From: Daphnia carinata
Taxonomy: Eukaryota
NCBI RefSeq assembly: GCF_022539665.2
Contig: NC_081332.1
Coordinates: 682,001-746,000 of the forward strand
Direction: 5' to 3'
DNA: 64,000 nt
The stretch's first letter is position 1, and the number at the start of each line of letters is the position of its first letter. Shown in pieces: positions 8,501 to 19,573 of the stretch. The position numbers were made by a program, and so were the translations under genes. The notes beneath the pieces are model-generated. The model saw nothing but the letters and a program-made list of their open reading frames with translations. It did no database searches and was not told the origin of the DNA.

Positions 8501-10873
8501 GAAGGCCTTTTCGATGTCGGAGAAAAACCCAATGCGATGAACGCGAAAACGAAGAAGAATGTGCAGCATGTTGTTTTGCAGGGGTGGACCAGTAAGTAGA
8601 CAGTCGTTCAGGCTCGCTCCAGATCGAGTCCTACATGAGCAGTCGTATACAATTCGTATAGGAGTAGTTATAGAATCCTTTTCAACTGGAAAATGTGGAA
8701 TGTAATGGCAGCCTTTTGGAGTTTGGAGAGTACGAGGCACCTTTTCTATAAATTCAGCCTCCAACTGGTCGCGGATGATCTTGCTATAAAGTTGCAGCAT
8801 GTTTGGCTTTTTCAATAAGCTGTGGACGGTGTGGCGAGTTCGGCGCTGACAAATTAGGTAGTTAGACGGCAGCACCGGATGTTCAGTTTTCCATGGCAAA
8901 CGCGCAGTGTATCGGTTGCAATGATAGGAGATGCACGAAGACTGATACGTCGCAGCTGAGTCGTTACTTTCGTCGTCCGGAACAATTCCCAAAACTTCTA
9001 GGGACCATAATTGACTGACGTCATCATGTTGGATTGCGGAGATATGGTAGGAGGAGTTTTGAGAGGAAAGAAACTTATCCGGAAGTGGGCCGGAGACTAG
9101 ATAACCAATAAAGCTGCTTACTGCTGTGGGGCCTGTCCCGTGAATATTGCCGTCTTCAACAATTGACCAATAGGAGTCAGCTCCAATCAAGATATCCACT
9201 GTAAATGGGGTGTTTGTTGTTGGTGGATGAGCTAAATGGAGATCCTGTAGGTGAGGTAACGTAGAAAGGATTGTACGATACGGGTCTTCCAATGGTTCCA
9301 CTATTGTTTCAAGAACCACGGCCTGAATTTGAACACGATCGCCATTAAGACCGTTTAGCCAAAATTGGACCACGTCGTAGTAGCTGGGGTCTAGATATCC
9401 TCCAGATAGACCTTGGAAGCCGGAAAGAGAGAGTAGTACTCGTCGTATTGGATGGAGCCGGAGAATATTCGCCAGACGCGTTGTAATGAACGTAAGCTGT
9501 GATCCATCATCAATAAGAAGGTTAGCGAGCTGAGATTTTGAATGGGAACAAACTGTAGCTACAGCGGTTTTAAGAAAAACGAAAGGCATTGAACTTGTTT
9601 TGATTGCTGCCACGATCTTTGAGTGTATTTTGTTCAGGAGACAGCCAGTATGGGTTGAAGAGGGCTTGGCAAGGAAGTTGGTGGAGGTATTCTTGTCAAG
9701 ATGAAGGCTGGTGTGATGAGGTTGCTGACAACGTTGGCAGCGATAACGAGACGGGCAGTCTTTAATGTTAGTGTGCCCTGCATGGAGGCAGTTTAGACAA
9801 AGCTTTTTGACCTTAGCGACCTTTGCGCGTTCTTCTGGCCCTCTTACTTCACTGCACTGTGTTGGATAGTGCTCGCCTGAACAGTAAGGGCATAACTTCT
9901 TTTTAACCGGATGGGATGACGCGAAAAGTACTTGCTTTGTCGGACGATTTGGTGTAAGCTGGTCATAGCTGTCACTCATAATATCTATCTCTCTTCTAAT
10001 GGCCGCTCTGAGCTCGTCGAGAGACCACTCTGAGTTGCCCTGATGTCGCGTGAGATTTCTACGCACATCACAAGAAAGCTTGTCAATGAGGAGGCAAACC
10101 AAAAGATCGCCATAAGAGTTAGGAGTGGTACCGAGAGCTTCGAGGCCGCGGATATGGGATTCGAGTTGATCGGCAAAGGAACGGAGACTGGAACGGGTTG
10201 AAGCTGCAACGGGCAGATTGATGAGAGCCTTGAAATGAGCAGTAACGACTTTCTTTGGTTGACTGTAGCGCTCACGTAAAAGATCCTTGGCTTTGACGTA
10301 GTTGTCGTTAGATGAAGTGAGTCCAAGAAGAGCGGCTTTAGCTTCCCCTTCGAGTTTTGAAATAAGGAAATTAAATTTTGTGGCGCCACTGTAGCTTTTC
10401 GCATCTACTTCTGCTTCAAATACGTCCCAAAAACTGGACCATAGAAGAATGTCTCCCTTGAAAACAGGTAAGTCGAATTTTGGAAGGGCACTGGCGGACG
10501 GAGTTGGCGCGACAGGAACGAGTGGAAGTTGAGGAGCAAGTGCAGCTGTAGCAGCATCTTCTTCAGATTGGAACGCTGCCAGTTGGAATTCAAAGTTGTC
10601 TCTGGCGTCACGAAGAATTTGGTTGGTGTTATCAGCGCCATCCATCTCTTCCTCTAAATCTGATGGATCCGTTTGAGTAAAAATGGCATTGTCAAGTGTT
10701 TCAATAGCCGCAATTTTCGTCTCCAGATCGGCAAGTTTTCTACGAAGCTCATGAATCTTTTGCACCCTAGTTTGATCGTTATTAGCAACAATGTCAGCCA
10801 TTTTATTCACCATACGTGTAGCAGCTGAACGATTGCCACCGCGTTGGGCGGTGAGACGAGCGCGGTCTGCCAT
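5585..10873 (-). CDS. BEL/Pao Gag-Pol polyprotein, 1762 aa (Gag, three Cys/His knuckles, aspartic protease, RT, RNase H, integrase)
   Basis: LPKFDLPVFKGD..W..FW Gag motif, CPYC..H..C / CLNC..H..C / CQRC..HH..LH, LLIDDGSQ, SDIEKAF, PFGASSSPF, YVDN, HVFVDAS..AYG, GIDFAGP, WYGGFWER, LYPLE. Confidence 0.97.
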   Translation of the reverse strand: MADRARLTAQRGGNRSAATRMVNKMADIVANNDQTRVQKIHELRRKLADLETKIAAIETLDNAIFTQTDPSDLEEEMDGADNTNQILRDARDNFEFQLAAFQSEEDAATAALAPQLPLVPVAPTPSASALPKFDLPVFKGDILLWSSFWDVFEAEVDAKSYSGATKFNFLISKLEGEAKAALLGLTSSNDNYVKAKDLLRERYSQPKKVVTAHFKALINLPVAASTRSSLRSFADQLESHIRGLEALGTTPNSYGDLLVCLLIDKLSCDVRRNLTRHQGNSEWSLDELRAAIRREIDIMSDSYDQLTPNRPTKQVLFASSHPVKKKLCPYCSGEHYPTQCSEVRGPEERAKVAKVKKLCLNCLHAGHTNIKDCPSRYRCQRCQQPHHTSLHLDKNTSTNFLAKPSSTHTGCLLNKIHSKIVAAIKTSSMPFVFLKTAVATVCSHSKSQLANLLIDDGSQLTFITTRLANILRLHPIRRVLLSLSGFQGLSGGYLDPSYYDVVQFWLNGLNGDRVQIQAVVLETIVEPLEDPYRTILSTLPHLQDLHLAHPPTTNTPFTVDILIGADSYWSIVEDGNIHGTGPTAVSSFIGYLVSGPLPDKFLSSQNSSYHISAIQHDDVSQLWSLEVLGIVPDDESNDSAATYQSSCISYHCNRYTARLPWKTEHPVLPSNYLICQRRTRHTVHSLLKKPNMLQLYSKIIRDQLEAEFIEKVPRTLQTPKGCHYIPHFPVEKDSITTPIRIVYDCSCRTRSGASLNDCLLTGPPLQNNMLHILLRFRVHRIGFFSDIEKAFHKVQLYEADRDFVRFFWLSDDNDPESDFAIYRFKVIPFGASSSPFILNSVIKKHLQRYSSPVSTDIESNIYVDNLMSGSETTAEASIYYAESISTFQAASLSLHSWAFSDASLNNRAILDGVADASSLTKALGLLWDRTTDQLQLPHFSLPQFCTPKATKRDLLRAVASIYDPLGFISPLSIPARILIQQIWKEKLEWDDPLPSPFADKWNSLANALVNAKPKIRRSYFGTRSRVNSLHVFVDASQQAYGAVAYLLDGQDTAFVMSKARVAPLKGNTPQLTLPQLELMAAIIGTRLATTIITAFKSLNILLEIFMWSDSQIVLYWLSKADRLKNPFVSNRIATIQAFNRLHLATWNYCPTTSNPADLLTRGITLQQLQASPIWINGPSWLPSREDWPQWSVSRLNQVKILHLMDISTKTAPTRLPLTIDIAKVMDISRFNWTSLKRTTAVLFRQLYNFRQKKEKWIQGFLSTNELHQAEIKWIHSFQFRFLAAEYDYLCGDKRGRRPSLVSQLDLYIDNNSIIRCQGRLTNADLSSDAKNPILIPKNSKLSEIIIRFYHERALHSGAASTICHIRQRFWISSIRQQVKAVVRLCTTCRRVNGPPYRAPNSASLPSFRVRGDRAFAVTGIDFAGPFPIRALPGQEESKAYICLFTCTTSRAIHLELVEDLTTANFILAFRSFITHHFQPRMVLSDNATTFESAARMLKRLYESTEVVKYLSDNQIEWRFIPKRAPWYGGFWERLVGLTKEALKKMLGRTRLKFNEFRIIVAEIETILNDRPLTYVSSDLRDPQALTPSHLLYGDRLTRFPYDPATDEELLDPTFGEKPSHLLNMFSRRQRILKSFWKRWQRDYLTSLRERHIVSGKHFESSAKVGDVVLVHNEGPRIDWKLAIIEKLIVSPDGETRIAEIRTAEGKTNRPVSKLYPLEITETSEASPHYPIQTVSSDPTPSPRPPRQAALAAKERIRLLAEE

Positions 10874-10966
10874 AACAAATACCAGAAATTTAGGACAGGC
10901 TTAGAAATTTGCAATACCCACGAGTTAAGCGCCGTGCGTAGCGGCGTGGGTAGTGCCGTGCGCAGC

Positions 10967-11002
10967 CACGAGGGACAACACGAGGGACAACACGAGGGAC
11001 AA
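10967..11002. repeat. 12-bp tandem repeat (CACGAGGGACAA) x3 in the 5' UTR of element B
   Basis: Read directly from the sequence. Confidence 0.9.
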
Positions 11003-11122
11003 AACACGAGATTTGTGGACAATCACTGGTGAAATGGTGACGCAATGAATGATGAGATGAAGATGAAATGATATAAGTCTCGCTGTTTTGAACAGACCCT
11101 AGTCAATATTGCCGAGCATGGG

Positions 11123-11222
11123 NNNNNNNNNNNNNNNNNNNNNNNNNNNNNNNNNNNNNNNNNNNNNNNNNNNNNNNNNNNNNNNNNNNNNNNNNNNNNN
11201 NNNNNNNNNNNNNNNNNNNNNN
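11123..11222. other. Assembly gap (100 N)
   Basis: Run of N; the true distance between the flanks is unknown. Confidence 1.
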
Positions 11223-11610
11223 CAACCGTTGATAACTCGAAGAGTATGGTCCACACTGGGACCACAAAAATCACCAAATTCATCATCATTGTCACTATCA
11301 GGAATTGGGTTGAAAAAGACACTATTAGATTGTATCTTGTTCAGAGAATGGACCTGCACAGGCAATGAAACCTGAAACCCAGCTTCCCCATTGCAACTTC
11401 CTATATAAAAGAAAGGAATGCTAAACTCTCATGAAAATGTTTGTAGAGCGTAAAGTGTTATACCGATTGCTGGATACGTGACAGCACTTGTGAAATCACC
11501 AAATTCGTCATCTTCATTACTAATATCATTGAAAGGGTTTTTTAATGGGCCGGAATATGAAAAATGCCATTTCAAAGATACTGACAAATAATTCTTGAAT
11601 ATCATCCAAC
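11223..11610 (-). CDS. 5' exons of a gene with repeated DDEFGDF motifs (aftiphilin/gamma-synergin-like AP-1 accessory protein), running into the gap
   Basis: EDDEFGDFTSA and NDDEFGDFCGP occur in two minus-strand frames; FGDF is the gamma-adaptin-ear-binding motif. Exon structure unresolved. Confidence 0.4.
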
Positions 11611-11981
11611 TTTGGGACAATTTTGTTCGACTTTCCACAACAGACGATGGTAATGGAAATCAGCTGACAGATGTTGGCCTCATTATTTAATGTAACCTTT
11701 ATTACTTATTTAAATTTTAAAAACTTGATTCTTGAACTTGTAAATTTAGGAGAATTAAAAAAATTACAAAAATTGATTTTAATCGGTATACGATTTTTAA
11801 AATGTTGACCAAAAAATAAGGTGATTAAGGTCTACTTGCTTTCAAGACAGGTAGCCCTCTGACGTCGGAATGCGTTCAAAGTTTTGTTTTGTTCACCTCC
11901 GGCAGGGTTTCAACTGAAAACCCCATCAAGTGTGTATGTGTTTAATTCAGCCGTTTCAAAGTTTATCAGATCACAAGGAAA

Positions 11982-14000
11982 ATGTTAACGAAGAAAAAAG
12001 ATCCAAAAACTTGGAACTCTAATGGAACAACAACAGGGAAATACTTGAAGAAAGAGGCGCCTTCAGATGTACCAAGTAAAAATACCATTCCACTTAATGC
12101 AAATTTTAGTCTATGTCAACTAACTAGCGAAAAATGTATAACAGTCATCAATGTTTGGACCTCGACGAGGACCGTCGACGCTCTGAAGAGCAAGTCTCAG
12201 GCAGCCAAGAAGCTGAGCGGTTCCACCCAGAGCCTGGAAGTGGTGTCCAACATCAAGCACGGTGGCAAGCAGCAGATCCAGACTGGTTACGAAGGGAGGT
12301 ACATACCTGCCAGCGAAGTCAAGGCTGAGCAGCAGCAGCAGCAGCAGCAGCAAAGTCATTTGGTAGGTAGCTTTAAAATATGTTTGTATAATGGTGATTC
12401 GTCATTTGGCATGTTTGCTTGCATTGGCACTTAGCTTGAGTGAATGTTCAAATCCTTGTTTGTGTTGCACGGCTTTTGCCCCCCAATTAGTCTGCCTCCT
12501 TTGACGAGGCCTACGCTGATTACGCCGAGGTATCTGAGAGTGACTCGCTTTCTCTGGCAAGAGGTCTGGGCCTTGAGGGTCATGTTCTGATGAAACCAGG
12601 GTCTGAGCAGTTTCCACCTGTTGCCAACTCTCCTTTATGCCACCCATCACAAAATCCCCCGGCCAATCCACTGAAACTCGTTCTGGTTGATCCCGACTCC
12701 CAGGTATGGCTTTCCTAATTTAGCTTTTTGTTTTATTGTTTCTTAGTCTTGTCTGCTGGTGCACTTATTTCTCTCTCCATGGTGTGGCTGGCAAACGAAT
12801 GAATCTCACATTTCTTTGTTTTCCACAACAAAATGAGCTAAGAAATTTCCTTATTTTGACAATTACAGTTGAGCTCTATGCAGGCAGCTGAACAACAACA
12901 ACAGCAACACATTTATCCTCTTTACCTGTCGGCTTCGGCACGTGAACAGCAACAGCAATTGTTGGTGCTGCAACAACAGTTGGCCCAATTAAGGCTTAGT
13001 GTCCAACAGCATCAACAGCAGCAGCAACAAATTCACCAACAACATTCACCTACCTATGCCAACATCCCTCTTTTACTTTCTAGTAGCGTTAGCGCATCAC
13101 AATCGTCTCTGGCCAGTAACAGCAGCTCCCAACAACAAGAAAATCCTGTCTATCAGAACCTAAGTAAATCAACGAATGCAGGAGCAACAGGTGCTGCAGC
13201 GGTACCAACGACATCGACCAATACGAGTCAAGATAGTGGCTCAGAAGAATTTCCCTTACCACCTGGTTGGTCCATAGATTACACCTTACGTGGACGAAAG
13301 TACTACATTGATCATAACACGCAGACAACGCATTGGTCTCATCCGTTGGAGAAGGAAGGCTTACCCACTGGTACTCATTCTAAATTTGATCCTTTGAATT
13401 CTAATTGAATCATAATTTCTAGGTTGGGAACGAGTTGAATCGAGCGAGTTTGGCATTTATTACGTAAATCACACGACTCGCCACGCCCAATATGAACATC
13501 CTTGTGCACCTCGTTACATTACGTCAGGGTCCTCATCTTTGGCGGATGCGCAAATGCGGCCGTCGAGACCAATGCCTCCAGCCCCTCGCCACACTGAATT
13601 TCATGCACCACCACAAGTGTTGGTGCCGGCCAATCCATACCTTTACGAAGAGATTCCATATTGGCTCCAGTTCTATTCTCGTGCAGCACCTGAACACGAT
13701 CACAAGTTGCGTTGGGAGCTTTTCCGGCTGCCGGAACTCGACTGCTACGACAACGTTCTTAAACGACTCTACAAACAGGAATTGGAGACGATCGTCATGA
13801 ACTACGAAGCTTACCGATCCGCAATGGCGCGTGAACTTGAGCGGAGAAGAGCTGAAGGTCACAACAGACATTTTCCGGGACACCAACGTCAACAACAACC
13901 ACAACAAGCTGGGATGTTGCATCAAGTACCACAACAGCAGCCGTCTAGAAGTCATCTGAAAGAGAAAGCTTTGGCTGGAGACCTTGAAACTAAAGTTTAA
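11982..14000 (+). CDS. sav: Salvador (Hippo pathway scaffold: two WW domains plus SARAH); exons ~11982-12075, 12145-12362, 12869-13370, 13423-14000
   Basis: N-terminus MLTKKK...GKYLKKE, WW1 [35 protein letters not shown]2 [58 protein letters not shown], with GT-AG introns. Confidence 0.95.
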
Positions 14001-16215
14001 ATGAAATAAATTTTGTTTTTTACAGTGTCGTTGATGTCTTTCGCGATTCAATAAATAAATTTTATAGTAGGATGGATACTATCACCTTTTTGTTTAAATA
14101 TTAAAACAATCTTTGGGGCTGTAACGCAGATCGTTAATATTTATAACTATTTTGTAATTCGAACGCTGCCCGTTTAACTTTCATCATCACCGTCTCAAAA
14201 ATTTGAGTGATCTAAAATTAATATAGCAGAAATTGTTTTTAAAGGCATGAAAAATTAATGGATGAATTTTGTAACTTAAGCGTTGGTAATATATGTAAAT
14301 AAAAATTTTGAATTCCTAATTTAACATATTCGAACCTGTTTGGCGGTACAGACTCGATGATATCCAAATCGACTTCACAGACCTCCAGGACAGCCGAGTG
14401 TCCACGTTGTGGAATGCATTTCAAATTCCGTTTAAATAACAATGCATAAACGCCAGGTGTCGTTTAAAGGAAAGACTTGTCATCATTGGTAGTGACAACC
14501 AAGATCTCCCACTCGTGTTGAAGGGTAGGAACGTGATTTCTCCGGATGGACAGTTACTTCACCTGTGCTGGTGCGATCACCTTGCCTACTTTATTAATGA
14601 AATAGAAAAAAAAAAAGAATAACTCACAAAATGTACAAGTGTAATGGAAATGCAATTTGATGAGTAACGAAATCTTGGGATTGATACGATACTAAATAAC
14701 TAACCTGCAGATTTTTCCATTCGATTGCTTCTTTGTTGCTGCATTTAATAAGGCAAGGTTAAATTCGCGAATCGAATTTATGCCAAATCTATGCTTGAAA
14801 TTTCCATTTGCTCAATCTGTATATCCTTCCTCGGCTATGGACAGTCAATTGATGTACGAAGTTTCGTGATGGGAGATGGGCCATTCTTTATCAGTAGACG
14901 AGTACTGATCTGGTCATTTGCTTTTCCCCAACAGCCAAATGACATCGTTGTATTTGCTATGAACTTTCAGCGCGTTCATCTCCATCCGCATAGACGGATG
15001 TAGACCAAGCCTCCTCTGTTGTAACTTGTTTTATCCCTGATGGAAGTGGAAGCCGGATTCTCTAATATTTCCTTTAGTTGTAAATTTGCTGTAGGCTTTA
15101 TTTTGATTTATATTTTCTAAGAAAAACAACTTACTGTATGATGAATTCTTTCCAAAGAATCCATATCGACTTGACTGAGACTGTGGCCTTTGTTTAGTTG
15201 CTGCATTTTTGTGGTAGCCTTTCAGCACCAAACCTCTGACTGTCTTTAGCCTTGATGCCATAAAAACTGGCATCAGTTTTTCACAGCATCAAATTTGGGT
15301 GTGATATTCTTTGAAGAATCGAACTTAAAATTTCAAGTCCCATCTGATTGTTCATTTTGTAGCCCCCCTTTTTTTTTTACCTAAAAACAGCAAAAAGTAA
15401 TGAATGTATATATATAATTAAGGTATAAGCAAGTAAAAGCAAGAAATGCATGTCCAAGAATATAAGATGGAACATTTAGATGGTTTTATCAACCAGGGCA
15501 TTCATAAACTTATGCTTCCTTCGATGATGAAAGAACTTTTGAATTTTGATAATTACTCAAAAATTAGTCTTTAAATAATTACTTACATGCACTTTTCAAG
15601 TGAAGAATGGATACAAATTCTCAAATTCAATAATAGATGTGTGAAGTTTTTGAGAAACACTGGATGTATAAATATAAAGTTTTTTACAGCACACATGTCG
15701 TGATGAGGACCTCCTAGTTCGAATCTGAACTTGGGCGACCACGATATAGACGTTGTCATTTTCTCTTTCACAAATAAAATTTATCGAAATTTAACTTTTG
15801 ATTTTCTAAGCATAACAAAGAGGATGTATTTTACTTCGAGTAAAAAAAAGAACTTTTACTTTTTTTCTTCAGGTTAGGGTAGAAGACAAATGAAAATGCT
15901 GTACGAGCAAAGAGCAGAATTGTACCCTCTGTACAGAACACGTGACTAGATCAGAGGTATGAAAATGGAGAACAATTCTCATCGGTAAGTCGAAAGTTTC
16001 AACAATACATAGGCATTAAAATGAGATGCTGAGTAGGGAATACGTTAACATAATAGGAACGTACACAGAGACTTTGAACAATAACCAAAATGGCAAGAAA
16101 AGAACACATTTTTTACTTGGCTACCATCTGGATTTTGGCCAAATTCAGGTAAAAAACTATATTTACAACAATAAAAAAATAACTAATTGCTAACTGATGG
16201 AATTAATTTTATAAT

Positions 16216-19200
16216 CTAGCCATAGTGCCTGCAGAAAGATGAAAAGACAAGAAAGATACCATAAAGAAAAGCTACTGGCCATGTGATTGAAGTAACAGAA
16301 ATTGCATTTGAGGATAGATGGCTCCCGTGATACATCAACATTGGTCGTGATTTGGCACCGACCCCCGTCTCGGGACTGAGCGTTAACGCTGTCGAGCTCC
16401 AGTAAACAGAGCCAACGGCTGCCGTACAATTGAAAGTAATTACAGCATCCATTTCTTGGTGATTATCATTAGACGCCGCTATCATCCATTTCCATCTGAG
16501 TCCCAGTATAGACGTTTCCAATAACGTGCTAGAATTACTTGCCTTGTCGTCAATAAATGGGGCATATTCAATCATGTGCTCCCCCTTCACCTATCTCACA
16601 TAAATTTCAAAAAACAATTAATATTGTGAAAAATTTTTTTGTTTATTTTGTAGTTACAGACCTTGAAACCATTGACGTACCAATGAAGTTCGGCTGCTGG
16701 TTTTGAACGACTCGACGTGCAATTGATTTGAATTTCGTCATTATCACGAGCGTTGGATTGCCGTGAATAATACAAATGATACGATCGATGATAGTTATCA
16801 TCACTTTTTAATATTCTGTAAGCAGAATTGCCGAGTGTCACGTTGGAATCGAACGAGAAAAAACCCTTGGTGTTGATCCGAGGTCCGAATTCTGGTAAAG
16901 CTTCAACAAATTTAAACAATAAATTAATTTTCTTAAATGCATTTTTGGACATTGCGCAGAAAATACGTGAATGATTCACTTCGGTTATATTTATTCCCTT
17001 TCTCGTAAAAAGATTAGGAAAACAAACCCAAAAATAAAAGTCGATACAAAAGAAAAGTTGGGCACTGCAGACGAGACGGATGACAATAGGATGGATAATT
17101 GAGTTGCGTTGGTAAGTATAACTCCCCGGCCGCAGGGCTACTACTACACATCGCCATGTAACATCATTACAATGCGAACAGATAAAAGAATAATCATGTA
17201 ACACATGTTTATTGTTGCTCAAAACAAAGAATTTTGTTTTTAGCCGCATCTACTTGACATTCCTGTAGCCTCTTGTCCACAGGCTGTGTGCCCTGAGTTG
17301 AGCATTACGTATCGCCCACTTGACATTGTAGACATACGCCAATTATTCTACATATTATTTATCTTTCTTAGAGACATTCAACTATTACATCAAACGAATG
17401 TTTCGCTTAAAATGGATCGAGGTGGAGCAAAAAGCCTTTTGTGCATTTCTGTGACGAATCCCCCCTTCACTCGCTTGATGGATTTGCATTAAAAGAGGAT
17501 CATCTCTGTCTCCCCCTTGCGTCTCTATTATTAATTATATACCTCCCCTTTTTTTGTACAGTTGAACAAATGTCCTTTCAACGACAAATCGACGCGTGAC
17601 GTCATATCAGTCGGTAGCCAGACGCAAATGTTTCCGGACGACTAATTGTCAATCCTTTATAGCAAAATATCCGTGTAGAGAAAGCGCATCACTTAATCCA
17701 TACGTCTATTTACAGAACGAAATAGCCGTAGTGTATAATGTTTGGTTAACCTTAGAGTTATGTCAACAAACTTGGGTTGCACTGTATAAATATGTGATTA
17801 TTCATAATGTGAAATATTCTTACCGACAACATTCATTTCGACAGTGTTGAAGGACGTCTGGAATGATGGGGCATCAACTGATACTTCGCATTTGTAACGA
17901 CCTGCAAATGATACCGACATTGTAGGTAATGTTTACTTGTGTCTATCATTCAACTTACCTGTCGATGAAATAGTTAAATGAACCAGGGTGACTTGGAACT
18001 GGTCCGATTGGCTTTTCTGCATCAAGAAAAATTGAATAAAAATTAAATATTTTTTTAGAACTACTCTTACTAATAGTCGTCACGTGTTTAAGCGTATTAA
18101 TCAATGCCCCTTTAGAAATGGCTCATCTTTACAGCTGCATCCCCCATTTTTCGTTCTTTGTGTTCCAATGAATAGAAAATCACTTAGTTACGGTTTGCCA
18201 GAATAATCTAAAATGCCCTTAAAAACTGGTACGCTATTCAATTTGATTTTAAACATATTACTTATACATAAAATTTAATATTAAATAAACTCACGTCCAC
18301 TTTGACGCCTTCAACTGGAAACACTTGCATCGGTGGCTGGTCACGTTGAACGTAACGGAAAAACTCACGCCCACCTTTATACCTTTCAAAAATAATCTTT
18401 TATTAAAAATTTCACTTTGCTTAGCATTAACAAATAAAAATAATAACTCACCATTTAATAGAGTAAAGCGTGTCTCCTTCGAGGTCGTATTGACAAGCAA
18501 GTCGAGCTGTTTGTCCCGTCAATTTCAATGGCGGAATAGACACTTGAAGCAACTTGAGTCCATCCACAGCCAAGACTAGAATAGAAGGTGCAAACAAAAA
18601 TAAAAAATAACAATGTACTTGATAAAATACACGCTATTGTCATCGTTTATTCAAAGTGTCTGCACGACTTTAACTTTGAAGATCCTTTTCGGCTATTATT
18701 ACCCTGCAATTTGAAGTGAAGCGTGTTCTAACAAAAGATGTAAGGGAAAAAGAACCTTATTCCATTTGATTTTATACAACAAAAAAAAGGGCCAACAAGA
18801 AAAGATTTTGCGGACCGACCTGAATTTCCTGATTTATTCATATGAAAAAAATCGATTGCGCACTTTACGGCAATATCCCATACGGAGAAGTGAATAATTG
18901 ATGTATTGCTAGTCTTGGTATCTTTATAGCCTTGATACAGCCGAAAAGAATAAAAGGATTTGCATATGGACTATAAAAGAAAACAGACGAGATTTGTACT
19001 GTGATCTCCGCATCTATTGCAAAATTGTCGAAAAGATCTGTCAGCTGTTCTTATTGGACAGCACAAACATTCAAACATTTTGCTTTAAAGAAAATGAATT
19101 TCCGTTTTTTTTTGACAATACGAGTTCTCTAAATTGTTTCTCGTCGACTTCTAGTGGGGAATCCACGTCATTACAGTGGAATATAAAAGAAAGACAATCA

Positions 19201-19573
19201 AGAGACAAAAAAAGAAGAAACCTCAACGTGATTATCTATAGGTCTACGCTGTAGGGGAGTGTGTTAGATAATCAGAGGGAAAAGAAACAACAAAGAGGAA
19301 CCGTGTCTCATTTTGCCATCTATTCTTCTCTTCATCAACCAACAATGAGGCCTTGATGAACTTGCATTGGCAATCATTTACTAATGTTTCCCTCCAGTTA
19401 ACTTGATTACGTTTTTTAGATTCGAATACATCACGCTATTCAAGAATAACAGATAAACTATCAAAACGTTTAGGTAAAATATCATACTTACAGTTGATGA
19501 CAATCAAAATTAAATAGAGTTTGATGCCAATTAGACGCCAACACGAACAATCAGTCCAGCACATTTGAAACAT
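16216..19573 (-). CDS. Beat (beaten path) family two-Ig-domain cell-surface protein, multi-exon
   Basis: Spliced translation gives a signal peptide, LACQYDLEGDTLYSIKW|YKGGREFFRYV, RYKCEVSVDAPSFQT, INCTSSRSKPAAELHWYVNG, FNCTAAVGSVYW and a hydrophobic C-terminus. Confidence 0.88.

Larger units (their letters stand above)
5291..11122 (-). mobile_element. BEL/Pao LTR retrotransposon (element B); the 5' LTR is presumably in the assembly gap
   Basis: Single intact gag-pol ORF, PPT-like GGCCGGGAGTA before the LTR, and an insertion point exactly after AATCTAC of the tRNA repeat unit. Confidence 0.95.

Noticed and set aside
9490..9525. Protease motif DDG instead of DS/TG, and RT motif YVDN elsewhere in element B, as inactivating lesions
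   Set aside because: Acidic second residues and YVDN are variants I recall from BEL/Pao elements, so they are not evidence of decay.
14465..15273. Possible minus-strand gene convergent with sav
   Set aside because: There are exon-like pieces, but I could not build a consistent open spliced frame or recognise a domain.
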